A DNA stretch of 22,811 nt from Pseudomonadota bacterium (GCA_009781955.1 WQUT01000047.1:1-22811), one strand, 5' to 3'; positions 13,509 through 21,251 are shown, counted from the stretch's first letter. Notes: generated from the sequence alone by a model not told the origin. Translations and numbers: made by a program.

Positions 13509-15287
13509 TTTGCGCAGCAAAGATTGCACCGCCAATGGAAAATCCGCGGCATTGGCCAGATACGACGCGGACGCCAGGAAATCCGCGCCCGCGGCCCAGC
13601 ATAGTTTCGCCGTCGCCGGATTGATTCCGCCATCCACGCTGATTTTGAAACACAACCCATATTTCCGCCGGGTATTGGCAAGCGTTGAAATCCGATACAC
13701 TGCATCCGGCAGGAATTCTTGCCCGTTCGGGCCGGGGCGTATAGACATCACCAGAATTTCATCAACCTCTTTTAATATCGGTTTCAATATTTCCAGCGGC
13801 GAATCCGGGTGCAGCGCGATTCCCGCCCGCTTTCCCAATTCGCGTATCTTTTTCAGCGCCGCCCGCGCGCCGTTCGTGCCGGTTGATATTATTATGGTAT
13901 CCGCCCCGGCCGCCGCCGCCTGTTCCGCCCAGATTATCGGGTTTTCGGTCATCAGGTGAACATTCAAATGAGCGTTTGTGTGTTCGCGGATAAAGCGAAG
14001 CTCGTCCATGCTGCCGGTTATTCTGTTCACATAAAATCCATCCATCACGTCGCAATGAATCATGCTGATGCCGCCGGATTCAAACAGCTTGTAAGTCGTG
14101 GGGCTGCGCATATTAAAACCCTGGGTGCTGGGCATAATCGGAATAAAGGCCGGCGTTTTCGCGATCTTTCTGCGGCGGAATATTTTGGGAAGCCAGGATA
14201 ACAATCTGCCCCATTTTTCCCGGCGGGCGACATAGTGTTTCGCGCGCGCCGCATCGTTCTGCCAGATTTGTTTGGCGCAGGCGGCGACGGCGGCGTCCGC
14301 CCCCAGATTATGAACGGGCAGCCCGAACATCTCGCCCGCCAGATTTTCTATTCCGGGTATATTCGTGCCGCCGCCGGAAATATAGACTGCTGACGGCCCG
14401 TATTTTTCTATGTGCCGCGCCAATTCTGCCCGCGCCAGTTCCATGATTTCGCGCAATGCGGGCAGGCCCGCGTCGCACACGTCGGCGCGCGACAATTCGT
14501 AACCGGCGTCCGCGACAGCGAATCTGTCCATTTCGCTGGATGCGGCGACAAGGCTGGCCACCTTTATCTTTTCCGCGTCGGGGAAAGGAATGCGCAGCCT
14601 GTCGGCTATATCGTTTGTGATTTTAATCTGGCCCATCGGGATCTTTGACAGCGACACGATGCCGCGCGCGGTCCAGCATGACACGGTTGTCCATGCCGCG
14701 CCCAGGTCAATGAAGACGGCGGGCGCGGCGGATTTGCGCGCGGCCATCCCGATAAGCACCGCCGGGTCAAAAAAGCCCGCCGATTCTATGTGCGCGGTGC
14801 GCAATACGGATTGCGCCGAATGCATGTCTTCGCGCGAATAAGAGATGACATGGAACACCGACGACAGGGCGCAATCGGTCTGGCCGACCGGCAGCGATAT
14901 GTTCTTGAATCCGGGGATGTCATAGCGCAGCGGGATTATATGCAGCGGCGCCTCGTTCGCGTTCTGCAAATCAAACAATATTTCGGAAATCTGTTTGCCG
15001 ATGTCGTTCGCGGAAATCTTGCGCGCGCCGCCCCATTCCGTCGTTTTATTGATTATCGCCGACCGCGCGAATCCGAAATCGCCGGTGACATAGGCCGATT
15101 CAAAATGCTTTCCAAGTTGGGATTCCAGCTCGTCAACCGCGGTTTTAAGGGCGAACGCGGTGTCGGGCGATTCGCAGATTTTCAGAACGCTCTGCGCGAC
15201 GCGGCCGCCGCGCACGCGAACGCCCAGCGCGCGGACCGCAGAGGATCCCAGATCAAGGCAAAGAAAAGACGAGTCAATCAGGTTCAT
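13503..15287 (-). CDS. ftsA: Cell-division protein FtsA fused in-frame to ribulose-phosphate 3-epimerase
   Basis: N-terminal roughly 370 aa: actin-fold FtsA (LCLDLGSSAVRALGV, VFIDLGAAWTTV, ITNDIADRL, YISGGGTNIPGI), ending in an amphipathic helix KWGRLLSWLPKIFRRRK. The frame then continues without a stop into an Rpe domain (IHCDVMDG, NVHLM, LVMSIRPG, ISVDGGI). I prefer ATG 15287 (MNLIDSS) to 15311, which lies in the repeat. Confidence 0.8.
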   Translation of the reverse strand: MNLIDSSFLCLDLGSSAVRALGVRVRGGRVAQSVLKICESPDTAFALKTAVDELESQLGKHFESAYVTGDFGFARSAIINKTTEWGGARKISANDIGKQISEILFDLQNANEAPLHIIPLRYDIPGFKNISLPVGQTDCALSSVFHVISYSREDMHSAQSVLRTAHIESAGFFDPAVLIGMAARKSAAPAVFIDLGAAWTTVSCWTARGIVSLSKIPMGQIKITNDIADRLRIPFPDAEKIKVASLVAASSEMDRFAVADAGYELSRADVCDAGLPALREIMELARAELARHIEKYGPSAVYISGGGTNIPGIENLAGEMFGLPVHNLGADAAVAACAKQIWQNDAARAKHYVARREKWGRLLSWLPKIFRRRKIAKTPAFIPIMPSTQGFNMRSPTTYKLFESGGISMIHCDVMDGFYVNRITGSMDELRFIREHTNAHLNVHLMTENPIIWAEQAAAAGADTIIISTGTNGARAALKKIRELGKRAGIALHPDSPLEILKPILKEVDEILVMSIRPGPNGQEFLPDAVYRISTLANTRRKYGLCFKISVDGGINPATAKLCWAAGADFLASASYLANAADFPLAVQSLLRKE

Positions 15288-15296
15288 GGTTAGGCG

Positions 15297-15339
15297 CTGG
15301 GCACTGGGCACTGGGCACTAGTTACTAGTGCCCAGTGCC
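15297..15339. repeat. CTGGGCA-heptamer hairpin between ftsQ and ftsA
   Basis: ctgggca x3, then ctagt|t|actag tgcccag tgcc. A 16-nt perfect inverted repeat pairs 15307..15322 with 15324..15339. The right end overlaps the ftsQ stop codon. Confidence 0.9.
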
Positions 15340-16028
15340 TATTTTACAAATGTTCTTTCCGGATCGCGCAGATCCAGGACGCGGATATCGCGGGCGAGGA
15401 TGTCGGTTTTCTTGTCCAGCTCGGCCAGTCTGCGGATCGCGCCCTCTGCGTTATTTTCCGGCAGTTTGACGATGACGCCGGAATTCAGCGCCAAGTCCCA
15501 CCGCCGCCCGTCGGTCCATTCCAGATAGTTCAATTCGGCCATGATTTTTGGCGCGCGCGTCACGGCGCCCGCTATGCCGCCCAGATCGTTCGGCAAATCC
15601 CCGCGAAAGACCAGCGAGTTTTCCGGCCTCTGCCCCGACGGGCGGTTTATTTTCGTCCCGTCGGCGCCGATTGGATAATAATGCGTTCCGTCCGTCCAGG
15701 CGGCGATCGCGGTCCGCATTTGGACCTTGATTTTCAGCGTCCCGTTCGGCATGCGGCGCACGGACGCCGCGTCTATGTCCGGAATGGCGGAAATCCGCGC
15801 CAATACGTCGCCCAATTTCACCCGGTAAGTCGGCGTGCGCGGGGAAATGCCGATGGCCGCGGCGATGGCGGATTTGTCCGCCGCGCCGTTTCGCGAAGAA
15901 ACCGAGATGGCCCGTATATCGGCAAAGCCGCCGCGCCCCATGACCAGCATGGTCAGCCGCACGGAAAGATAGGTCGCGATTATAATGGCGAATGCGAAAG
16001 CCGCCCAAAAAAGAAAGGTTTTTCTCAT
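15339..16028 (-). CDS. ftsQ: Cell-division protein FtsQ (POTRA domain)
   Basis: 229 aa with a single N-terminal TM segment (FLFWAAFAFAIIIATYLSV). It has a POTRA-like segment and lies immediately upstream of ftsA on the same strand. Confidence 0.75.
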   Translation of the reverse strand: MRKTFLFWAAFAFAIIIATYLSVRLTMLVMGRGGFADIRAISVSSRNGAADKSAIAAAIGISPRTPTYRVKLGDVLARISAIPDIDAASVRRMPNGTLKIKVQMRTAIAAWTDGTHYYPIGADGTKINRPSGQRPENSLVFRGDLPNDLGGIAGAVTRAPKIMAELNYLEWTDGRRWDLALNSGVIVKLPENNAEGAIRRLAELDKKTDILARDIRVLDLRDPERTFVK

Positions 16029-16091
16029 AACCGGAATTATATCAGAAAAAGCGGAAAAGTGAAATAAAGAAACAGCGACAACGATTGCTTT

Positions 16092-16481
16092 TTACATAGC
16101 CCTCAGCAGATAGCCGCGGCTGAACATGCATCTGCGGTAAGATCCGACCGATTTGGATGTCGTGTTAGGCGGAACGGACATCAGCATGCGCTGGCCTATG
16201 TCTTGGTTTTCGTTGGATTGGAATGTTACCCACAGGCCCTCCCAATTAGGCATCTGGCTGGCGCCGCTGGGCATCAGCAGCTTGGCCGCGCGGGACCGCG
16301 GTATGTGCGCCGGCGCCGTTATACCCAGGCAGGCCCGGTGGTCGCGGACGAACTGCGCCAGGGTCACGTGATCGTTTTCCCAGTTAAGTATGGTCGCGTT
16401 GTCTATGCTGCCGCCGTTGGGGGACGAGCAGCCCCAAACCGTAAAAAACAAGGCGCAAAGCAGAAAAAAGGATTTTTTCAT
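16092..16481 (-). CDS. Hypothetical lipoprotein
   Basis: MKKSFFLLCALFFTVWGCSS: signal peptide with a lipobox-like VWG|C. 129 aa, no other motif recognised. Confidence 0.6.
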   Translation of the reverse strand: MKKSFFLLCALFFTVWGCSSPNGGSIDNATILNWENDHVTLAQFVRDHRACLGITAPAHIPRSRAAKLLMPSGASQMPNWEGLWVTFQSNENQDIGQRMLMSVPPNTTSKSVGSYRRCMFSRGYLLRAM

Positions 16482-16530
16482 AATTCCATTATAATTTAAT
16501 TGCGTTGACGGGGCAATAGTTTTTATAATG

Positions 16531-16636
16531 CCGGTGAATGGTAACTGGCGGCTGGTGATCCGTAATCGGAAACCATCTGGCGATATAAGTTATAATACCA
16601 ATCACCAGTCACCAGTTACCAACCACCAATCACTGC
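16531..16636. repeat. CACCAG-heptamer periodic inverted repeat in a divergent promoter region
   Basis: Left arm ccggtga-atggtaa-ctggcgg-ctggtga (16531..16558). Right arm tcaccag-tcaccag-ttaccaa-ccaccaa-tcactgc (16602..16636). The 43-nt spacer contains TATAAT (16591..16596). Confidence 0.8.
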
Positions 16637-16657
16637 GAGCGACCGGGGGGAGCGAGC

Positions 16658-16966
16658 ATGAACAATGTAAACAAATTCATACAGCTGGCGAATTTCTATA
16701 ACCAGATGCTGGCCGTCATGGCGGCCATATGCGTTCAAAAGGGCGGCATCCCGATAGAGCAATACGTCGGGCGATTCTTTGCCGCGGACGTTCTGGAATT
16801 CCTGGCCGAATACGGCGCAAAGCTGCAAACCGACGATGAGTCTGTCCAGCGCGTCGCCGCGCTGTTCAGGGCGGAATATGAAAAGGCGAAAGATCTGACC
16901 ACGCCCAGCCAAAAGCCGATATTTGAGATGACGCTGGAAGAATTTGAAAAAGTGATGAACATTTAG
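16658..16966 (+). CDS. Hypothetical protein (102 aa)
   Basis: GGGGGGAG lies 7 nt upstream of the ATG. No motif recognised. Confidence 0.55.
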   Translation: MNNVNKFIQLANFYNQMLAVMAAICVQKGGIPIEQYVGRFFAADVLEFLAEYGAKLQTDDESVQRVAALFRAEYEKAKDLTTPSQKPIFEMTLEEFEKVMNI

Positions 16967-17051
16967 GATTTAAGATTTAAGATTTACGGATTTAAGATTT
17001 GCGGATTTAAGATTTAAAAAATCAAAAATCATCGGTCTTAAATCTTAAATT
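16966..17051. repeat. GATTTAA-word periodic inverted-repeat element, copy B
   Basis: ggatttaa-gatttaa-gatttac-ggatttaa-gatttgc-ggatttaa-gattt faces aaaaatc-aaaaatc-atcggtc-ttaaatc-ttaaat. It starts at the stop codon of the upstream gene. Confidence 0.85.
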
Positions 17052-17064
17052 AAGCGGTGTTGAA

Positions 17065-18393
17065 ATGAAAAAAACGTTTTTGTGCTTTATGCTTTATGCC
17101 CTGTGCCTGGTCCCGCTTGCCGGTTGTTTGAAGGCGCCGGGGCAGCAGGGAGAGGTTCCGCCCTATGACACTGTCCAGGTCATAGACAATCTGGTCGTTG
17201 ACCAGAACTCGGTTCCGATTTTCCCGCGCAAAGCCGCGCTGACCACCGATACCGCGCGCCGGTTTTCCATAGAATTGCCGAAACGCTGCACCGTGGATTG
17301 GGATAACCAGACCATTTTGTCCGTCGTCCCAGAGACGCCGATGGAAATGACGCGGCTGGCGGTCGGCGACCCTCTGCCGGACTTTAACGTGGAAGATTAC
17401 TCGTTTGAAAAACTGACGGTCAAAGACGCCCTGCAAAAATTGTTAAAGGGGACGAGGATAAGGGTGATAGAGGACGAAGACCTGCCGGACAAAATCACAG
17501 GAACCATAAAATCGGGTTCGCTTTCCGACGCGGTTGAATTGATCGCGAAAATGGGCAAGGTCTATTATGCCTATGACGACAACGCGCGCCAGCTGCGCAT
17601 AGGGGCGCACGGCAAATGGCTGATTAAAATGCCGCGGGACCAGAATATGATAATGGCGCTGCTGGATGCGATGCGCGGCGCGGAGATGCGCAACCTGCTG
17701 GTCAACTGGGAAGACAAGACCGTTTCGCTAGAGGGCAATTTCCAGACCGAGCGCGATGTGAAAAAAATAATCGCGGACATGGGGTCGCGCAAATTCCTGA
17801 TCGCGTGGGACATGGACGTTTACCGCGTGTATCCGCGGACGGACAATCCGATAGTATGGATGAACATACTGCCCGCGATGGGGGAAAACAACGTGAAGAT
17901 GTCCATTCCCGGCGTCGTAGGGCGCCTGCTGCTGACCAGTCCGGAAATAAATACCAAGACTTTGCAGCAGTTCCTGTCGCAACAGGCGAATCTGGTCCTG
18001 ATTTCCCAGGGAACGTTCGTGATTCCGAACGGGTGGCAGTCGCGGTTTGACATCGGCCAGTGTTCGCGCGAAGAGCGTTTGGAAACAAACCTGATCGTCG
18101 GGGCCCAGGCCACATACGGCGACTATGCCGGAATGAAAAAACTGGATGCCAAGATTGTTCTGCGCACTAATTCCGGCGAAATATCGGCGTTCAACGTGCC
18201 GTCGGCTCTTGGCGACAACTATGTCATAATCGGGATACCCACGCATTCGTTCGTAGACACGCCCGAAACCCTTATATCGCCGTTTGCAGAGCTGGTGGTG
18301 TTCATGTCGCCCCGCATCATATCCATAGTCCCGCGGCAACAGAATTTCACGCCGGTTTCCGGCCAGGCCCTGCGCGATTATTTGGAAGAGTAA
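17065..18393 (+). CDS. Outer-membrane lipoprotein, possibly a divergent compact secretin
   Basis: Lipobox LAG|C (MKKTFLCFMLYALCLVPLAGC). An STN/N0-like segment (LTVKDALQKLLKGTRIRVIEDEDLP..GSLSDAVELIAKMGKVYYAYDDNARQLRI). The C-terminal AELVVFMSPRII resembles the conserved secretin C-terminal strand. The assignment is by eye only. Confidence 0.35.
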   Translation: MKKTFLCFMLYALCLVPLAGCLKAPGQQGEVPPYDTVQVIDNLVVDQNSVPIFPRKAALTTDTARRFSIELPKRCTVDWDNQTILSVVPETPMEMTRLAVGDPLPDFNVEDYSFEKLTVKDALQKLLKGTRIRVIEDEDLPDKITGTIKSGSLSDAVELIAKMGKVYYAYDDNARQLRIGAHGKWLIKMPRDQNMIMALLDAMRGAEMRNLLVNWEDKTVSLEGNFQTERDVKKIIADMGSRKFLIAWDMDVYRVYPRTDNPIVWMNILPAMGENNVKMSIPGVVGRLLLTSPEINTKTLQQFLSQQANLVLISQGTFVIPNGWQSRFDIGQCSREERLETNLIVGAQATYGDYAGMKKLDAKIVLRTNSGEISAFNVPSALGDNYVIIGIPTHSFVDTPETLISPFAELVVFMSPRIISIVPRQQNFTPVSGQALRDYLEE

Positions 18394-18394
18394 T

Positions 18395-19315
18395 ATGAAA
18401 TCGCGACTTTATATTCTTGCGCCGAACGGCAACGATTTCGCAGAACAACAAATGAGCGTTCTGAGTGGGGCGTATGACGAAGTTTTGCACATAAATAAAG
18501 TCATGCCTTTTTCCGATTTGCCGTTAATTGCCGATAATTGTGAAAAAGTTTTCGCCATAGATCCGGATTTCTGCGATTGGAATATTCCGAACTCCGCTTT
18601 GGATACGCGCGGGCTTTTGGCGGTATGCCTGGACACCACATCTTACAGCTGGATAGATTTGGAGTATGCGAAAGGCAAAGGCATATCCGTAACAAACGTC
18701 CGCGGATGGTCAACGGAAAGCGTCGCAGAGCAGAGTATTTTAATAGCCATGAATCTGGCGCGCAAGCTGCCGTTATTGTTGCAGAATAAAATGGAAATAA
18801 ATTTTGAAACGATGCGCGGCGCAGAACTGCGCGGCAAAACCGCCGGAATAATAGGATTGGGGAAAATAGGAACACGTATCGCCGAACTATGCGCCGCGTT
18901 TGGAATGAATGTTTGCTATTGGTCACGTAAATCACAGGATGACAGATTTGCAAAGACAGAACTGGCGGACGTTTTCAAAAATGCGGATTTTATATTCCCA
19001 GCATTATCTAAAAATAAAGATACGGAAGGCATAATAAAAGATTTACTGTTGAAATCTATGAAGTCGGGCGCGATTTTTACCGAAATAAGTGATAATTTTC
19101 TATACAATCATAACTTGTTGTTAGACATGGTTAAAAACAATAAAATTTATGGATACGGATTTGAAGAATTGCATCCGAAAAGCTATGAAGGGAATATTTT
19201 GGCAGTTCCGCCGGTTGCGTATTATACAACAGAGGCAATGAATAGAAATACGGCCCAATGGCTTGACTGCATAGTCGGCGTAAAAAACAGCGCGGCCATA
19301 AATAAACTGAATTAA
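18395..19315 (+). CDS. D-isomer-specific 2-hydroxyacid dehydrogenase homologue lacking the catalytic Arg and His (probable pseudoenzyme)
   Basis: Rossmann motif GIIGLGKIGTRIAELCAAFGMNV. Where the family has N-x-x-R-G and P-H-I-G, this protein has EISDN and VPPVAY. The start lies 1 nt after the upstream stop. AT-rich. Confidence 0.6.
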   Translation: MKSRLYILAPNGNDFAEQQMSVLSGAYDEVLHINKVMPFSDLPLIADNCEKVFAIDPDFCDWNIPNSALDTRGLLAVCLDTTSYSWIDLEYAKGKGISVTNVRGWSTESVAEQSILIAMNLARKLPLLLQNKMEINFETMRGAELRGKTAGIIGLGKIGTRIAELCAAFGMNVCYWSRKSQDDRFAKTELADVFKNADFIFPALSKNKDTEGIIKDLLLKSMKSGAIFTEISDNFLYNHNLLLDMVKNNKIYGYGFEELHPKSYEGNILAVPPVAYYTTEAMNRNTAQWLDCIVGVKNSAAINKLN

Positions 19316-19327
19316 ACGGGAATCAAA

Positions 19328-20581
19328 ATGTTGTTCACGAAACTGGAAAGAAAAATAGCGTTCAGATACCTGCGGGCCAAGGGCCGCGGGTTCGGCAGCG
19401 TTATATCATGGGTGTCATTGCTCGGCATCATGCTGGGCGTCGCGACGCTGATCGTCGTTATGTCCGTGATGTCCGGATTTCATCACGTATTGCTGAACCG
19501 CATAATCGGCATGAACGGCCATGTCGTGATTTATTACCAGGACGGCGCGATCAAGGACTATGATTTCCTGATTGATAAAATAAGGCAGAATAAAATCGTG
19601 GAACAAAACCTGGTCAGCATAATTCCGATCGCCGAAGGCCAGGTGATGATTTCCGCAAACGGAAACAATTCCGGCGCGATGGTTCGCGGGGTGCGCTTGA
19701 CGGATCTGGCTAACACCGCGGTTGCGAGCAAGATTTACGGGCGGCCCTTGGCAGAGGTAAAGGATAACGAGCTGGTGATGGGGATGAGCCTGTCGCGGTC
19801 GCTGCGCCTGACGCTGAACGACAGCGTGTCGCTGATATCCGCCAACGGCGGGACGGCCACGGCATTCGGCACCATGCCGCGCATCATGTCTTACCCGGTG
19901 GTGTCCAGTTTCTTTATGGGGATGTATGAATATGATTCCGGGTATGTGTTCATGTCCCTCTCCACCGCGCAGAAATACCTGAACATTCCTGACGGCGTGA
20001 CGCACATAGACCTGTTCCTGAAAGACCCGGAAAAAACAACCGCGGTGCGGACGGCGCTGTCTGACGCTCTGCCGGCCGGATTCGTGGTGCGCGACTGGCG
20101 CGACATGAACCGCGGGTTTGTCGGCGCGTTGCAGGTTGAGTCTAATGTCATGTTCCTTATCCTTATGCTTATTGTGATTGTCGCGGCGTTCAATATCGTT
20201 TCGTCGCTGGTAATGATGGTGAAAGACAAGTCCAAGGACATCGCGGTTCTGCGCACGTTCGGCGTGTCGCGGCGCAGCATGATGAAAATATTTATCCTTT
20301 CGGGCACATCCATCGGCGTTATCGGCGCGGCGGTCGGAACGGCGCTCGGCATCATAATCGCGGCATACATAGAACCGATACGCCAGTTTTTTCAATGGGC
20401 GACGGGTCGCGATTTATTTCCGGCGGAACTGTATTTTCTGTCCGAGCTGCCATCCGACATATCCGCGGCGTCCGTGGTCGGGATAGCGTTGACCGCAATC
20501 GCGCTGTCATTCCTGGCGACGCTGTATCCCGCGTGGCGCGCGTCAAAACTGGATCCGGTAGAGGTGTTGAGAAATGAGTAA
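19328..20581 (+). CDS. Lipoprotein-releasing ABC transporter permease (LolC/LolE family)
   Basis: 417 aa. FRYLRAKGRGFGSVISWVSLLGIMLGVATLIVVMSVMSGF matches the LolC/E N-terminus. There is a large periplasmic loop and a C-terminal FtsX-type 3-TM bundle ending ..YPAWRASKLDPVEVLRNE. Confidence 0.9.
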   Translation: MLFTKLERKIAFRYLRAKGRGFGSVISWVSLLGIMLGVATLIVVMSVMSGFHHVLLNRIIGMNGHVVIYYQDGAIKDYDFLIDKIRQNKIVEQNLVSIIPIAEGQVMISANGNNSGAMVRGVRLTDLANTAVASKIYGRPLAEVKDNELVMGMSLSRSLRLTLNDSVSLISANGGTATAFGTMPRIMSYPVVSSFFMGMYEYDSGYVFMSLSTAQKYLNIPDGVTHIDLFLKDPEKTTAVRTALSDALPAGFVVRDWRDMNRGFVGALQVESNVMFLILMLIVIVAAFNIVSSLVMMVKDKSKDIAVLRTFGVSRRSMMKIFILSGTSIGVIGAAVGTALGIIIAAYIEPIRQFFQWATGRDLFPAELYFLSELPSDISAASVVGIALTAIALSFLATLYPAWRASKLDPVEVLRNE

Positions 20582-21251
20582 GATCACTTTTGTTTTTGGC
20601 GCGAGTGGGGCGGGGAAAACAACGTCCATAATTCCCAAGATTATGGCGGAAATGGATGATCCGAAAGTTATTGAAATAGATGACATAAAGCGAGAATTGT
20701 CGTCAGAATTACCAGATGCCCAAAAGAACAAATTGAGAAATGCGCAGTTTAATGTAGCCATTAAAACTGCGATTTCAGAGAATAAAAATATTATTATTTC
20801 TTTCCCGTTCCTGATGCTGAACCCAAAACGAGTAATAGATATTTATAAGGCGGCCAAACTGAAAGAATATGATACAGAAGCGGTATTTGTTCCGGTCAGT
20901 TTCAAACGGTCAGAGCAAGGCGTTGATTACAGGTATGTTCAAACTTTACTGGGAGAGCCGACGGGCGAGGTACCGCGCAGATTGAAACCGTGGCGAAATA
21001 AAATCCTGCATCTGGCGGTACCTGTCACGCTCAAGATTTTGAAAGAGAGCAAGCAGGTAAACAGAATCAGACTGTTCAATCGCGATGGGACAGAGTTGCT
21101 TGATAATAAGATAAAGACATTCTTTGCGGAACAAAATCGTAAATTATCCAAAGAAGAACAAGAAGACTATTCTGAAAAGTTTAAGAAGATACAAAATTTT
21201 CTTAACGATCCGGAAAACAGAAAAATCTTTAACCAAAAGCTATATCAATAG
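20574..21251 (+). CDS. Zeta-toxin-like / AAA-type P-loop kinase family protein, AT-rich insert between lolC/E and lolD
   Basis: Walker A FGASGAGKTT, followed by VIEIDDIKRE (resembling the zeta-toxin D-x-D-x-x-R catalytic segment). Its ATG overlaps the end of lolC/E by 8 nt. It is visibly lower in GC than both neighbours. Confidence 0.45.
   Translation: MSKITFVFGASGAGKTTSIIPKIMAEMDDPKVIEIDDIKRELSSELPDAQKNKLRNAQFNVAIKTAISENKNIIISFPFLMLNPKRVIDIYKAAKLKEYDTEAVFVPVSFKRSEQGVDYRYVQTLLGEPTGEVPRRLKPWRNKILHLAVPVTLKILKESKQVNRIRLFNRDGTELLDNKIKTFFAEQNRKLSKEEQEDYSEKFKKIQNFLNDPENRKIFNQKLYQ

Noticed and set aside
15288-15311. FtsA start at 15311 (MPSAQRLT extension).
   Set aside because: These codons are the CTGGGCA repeat itself. 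The FtsA homology begins at MNLIDSSFLCLDLGSS.
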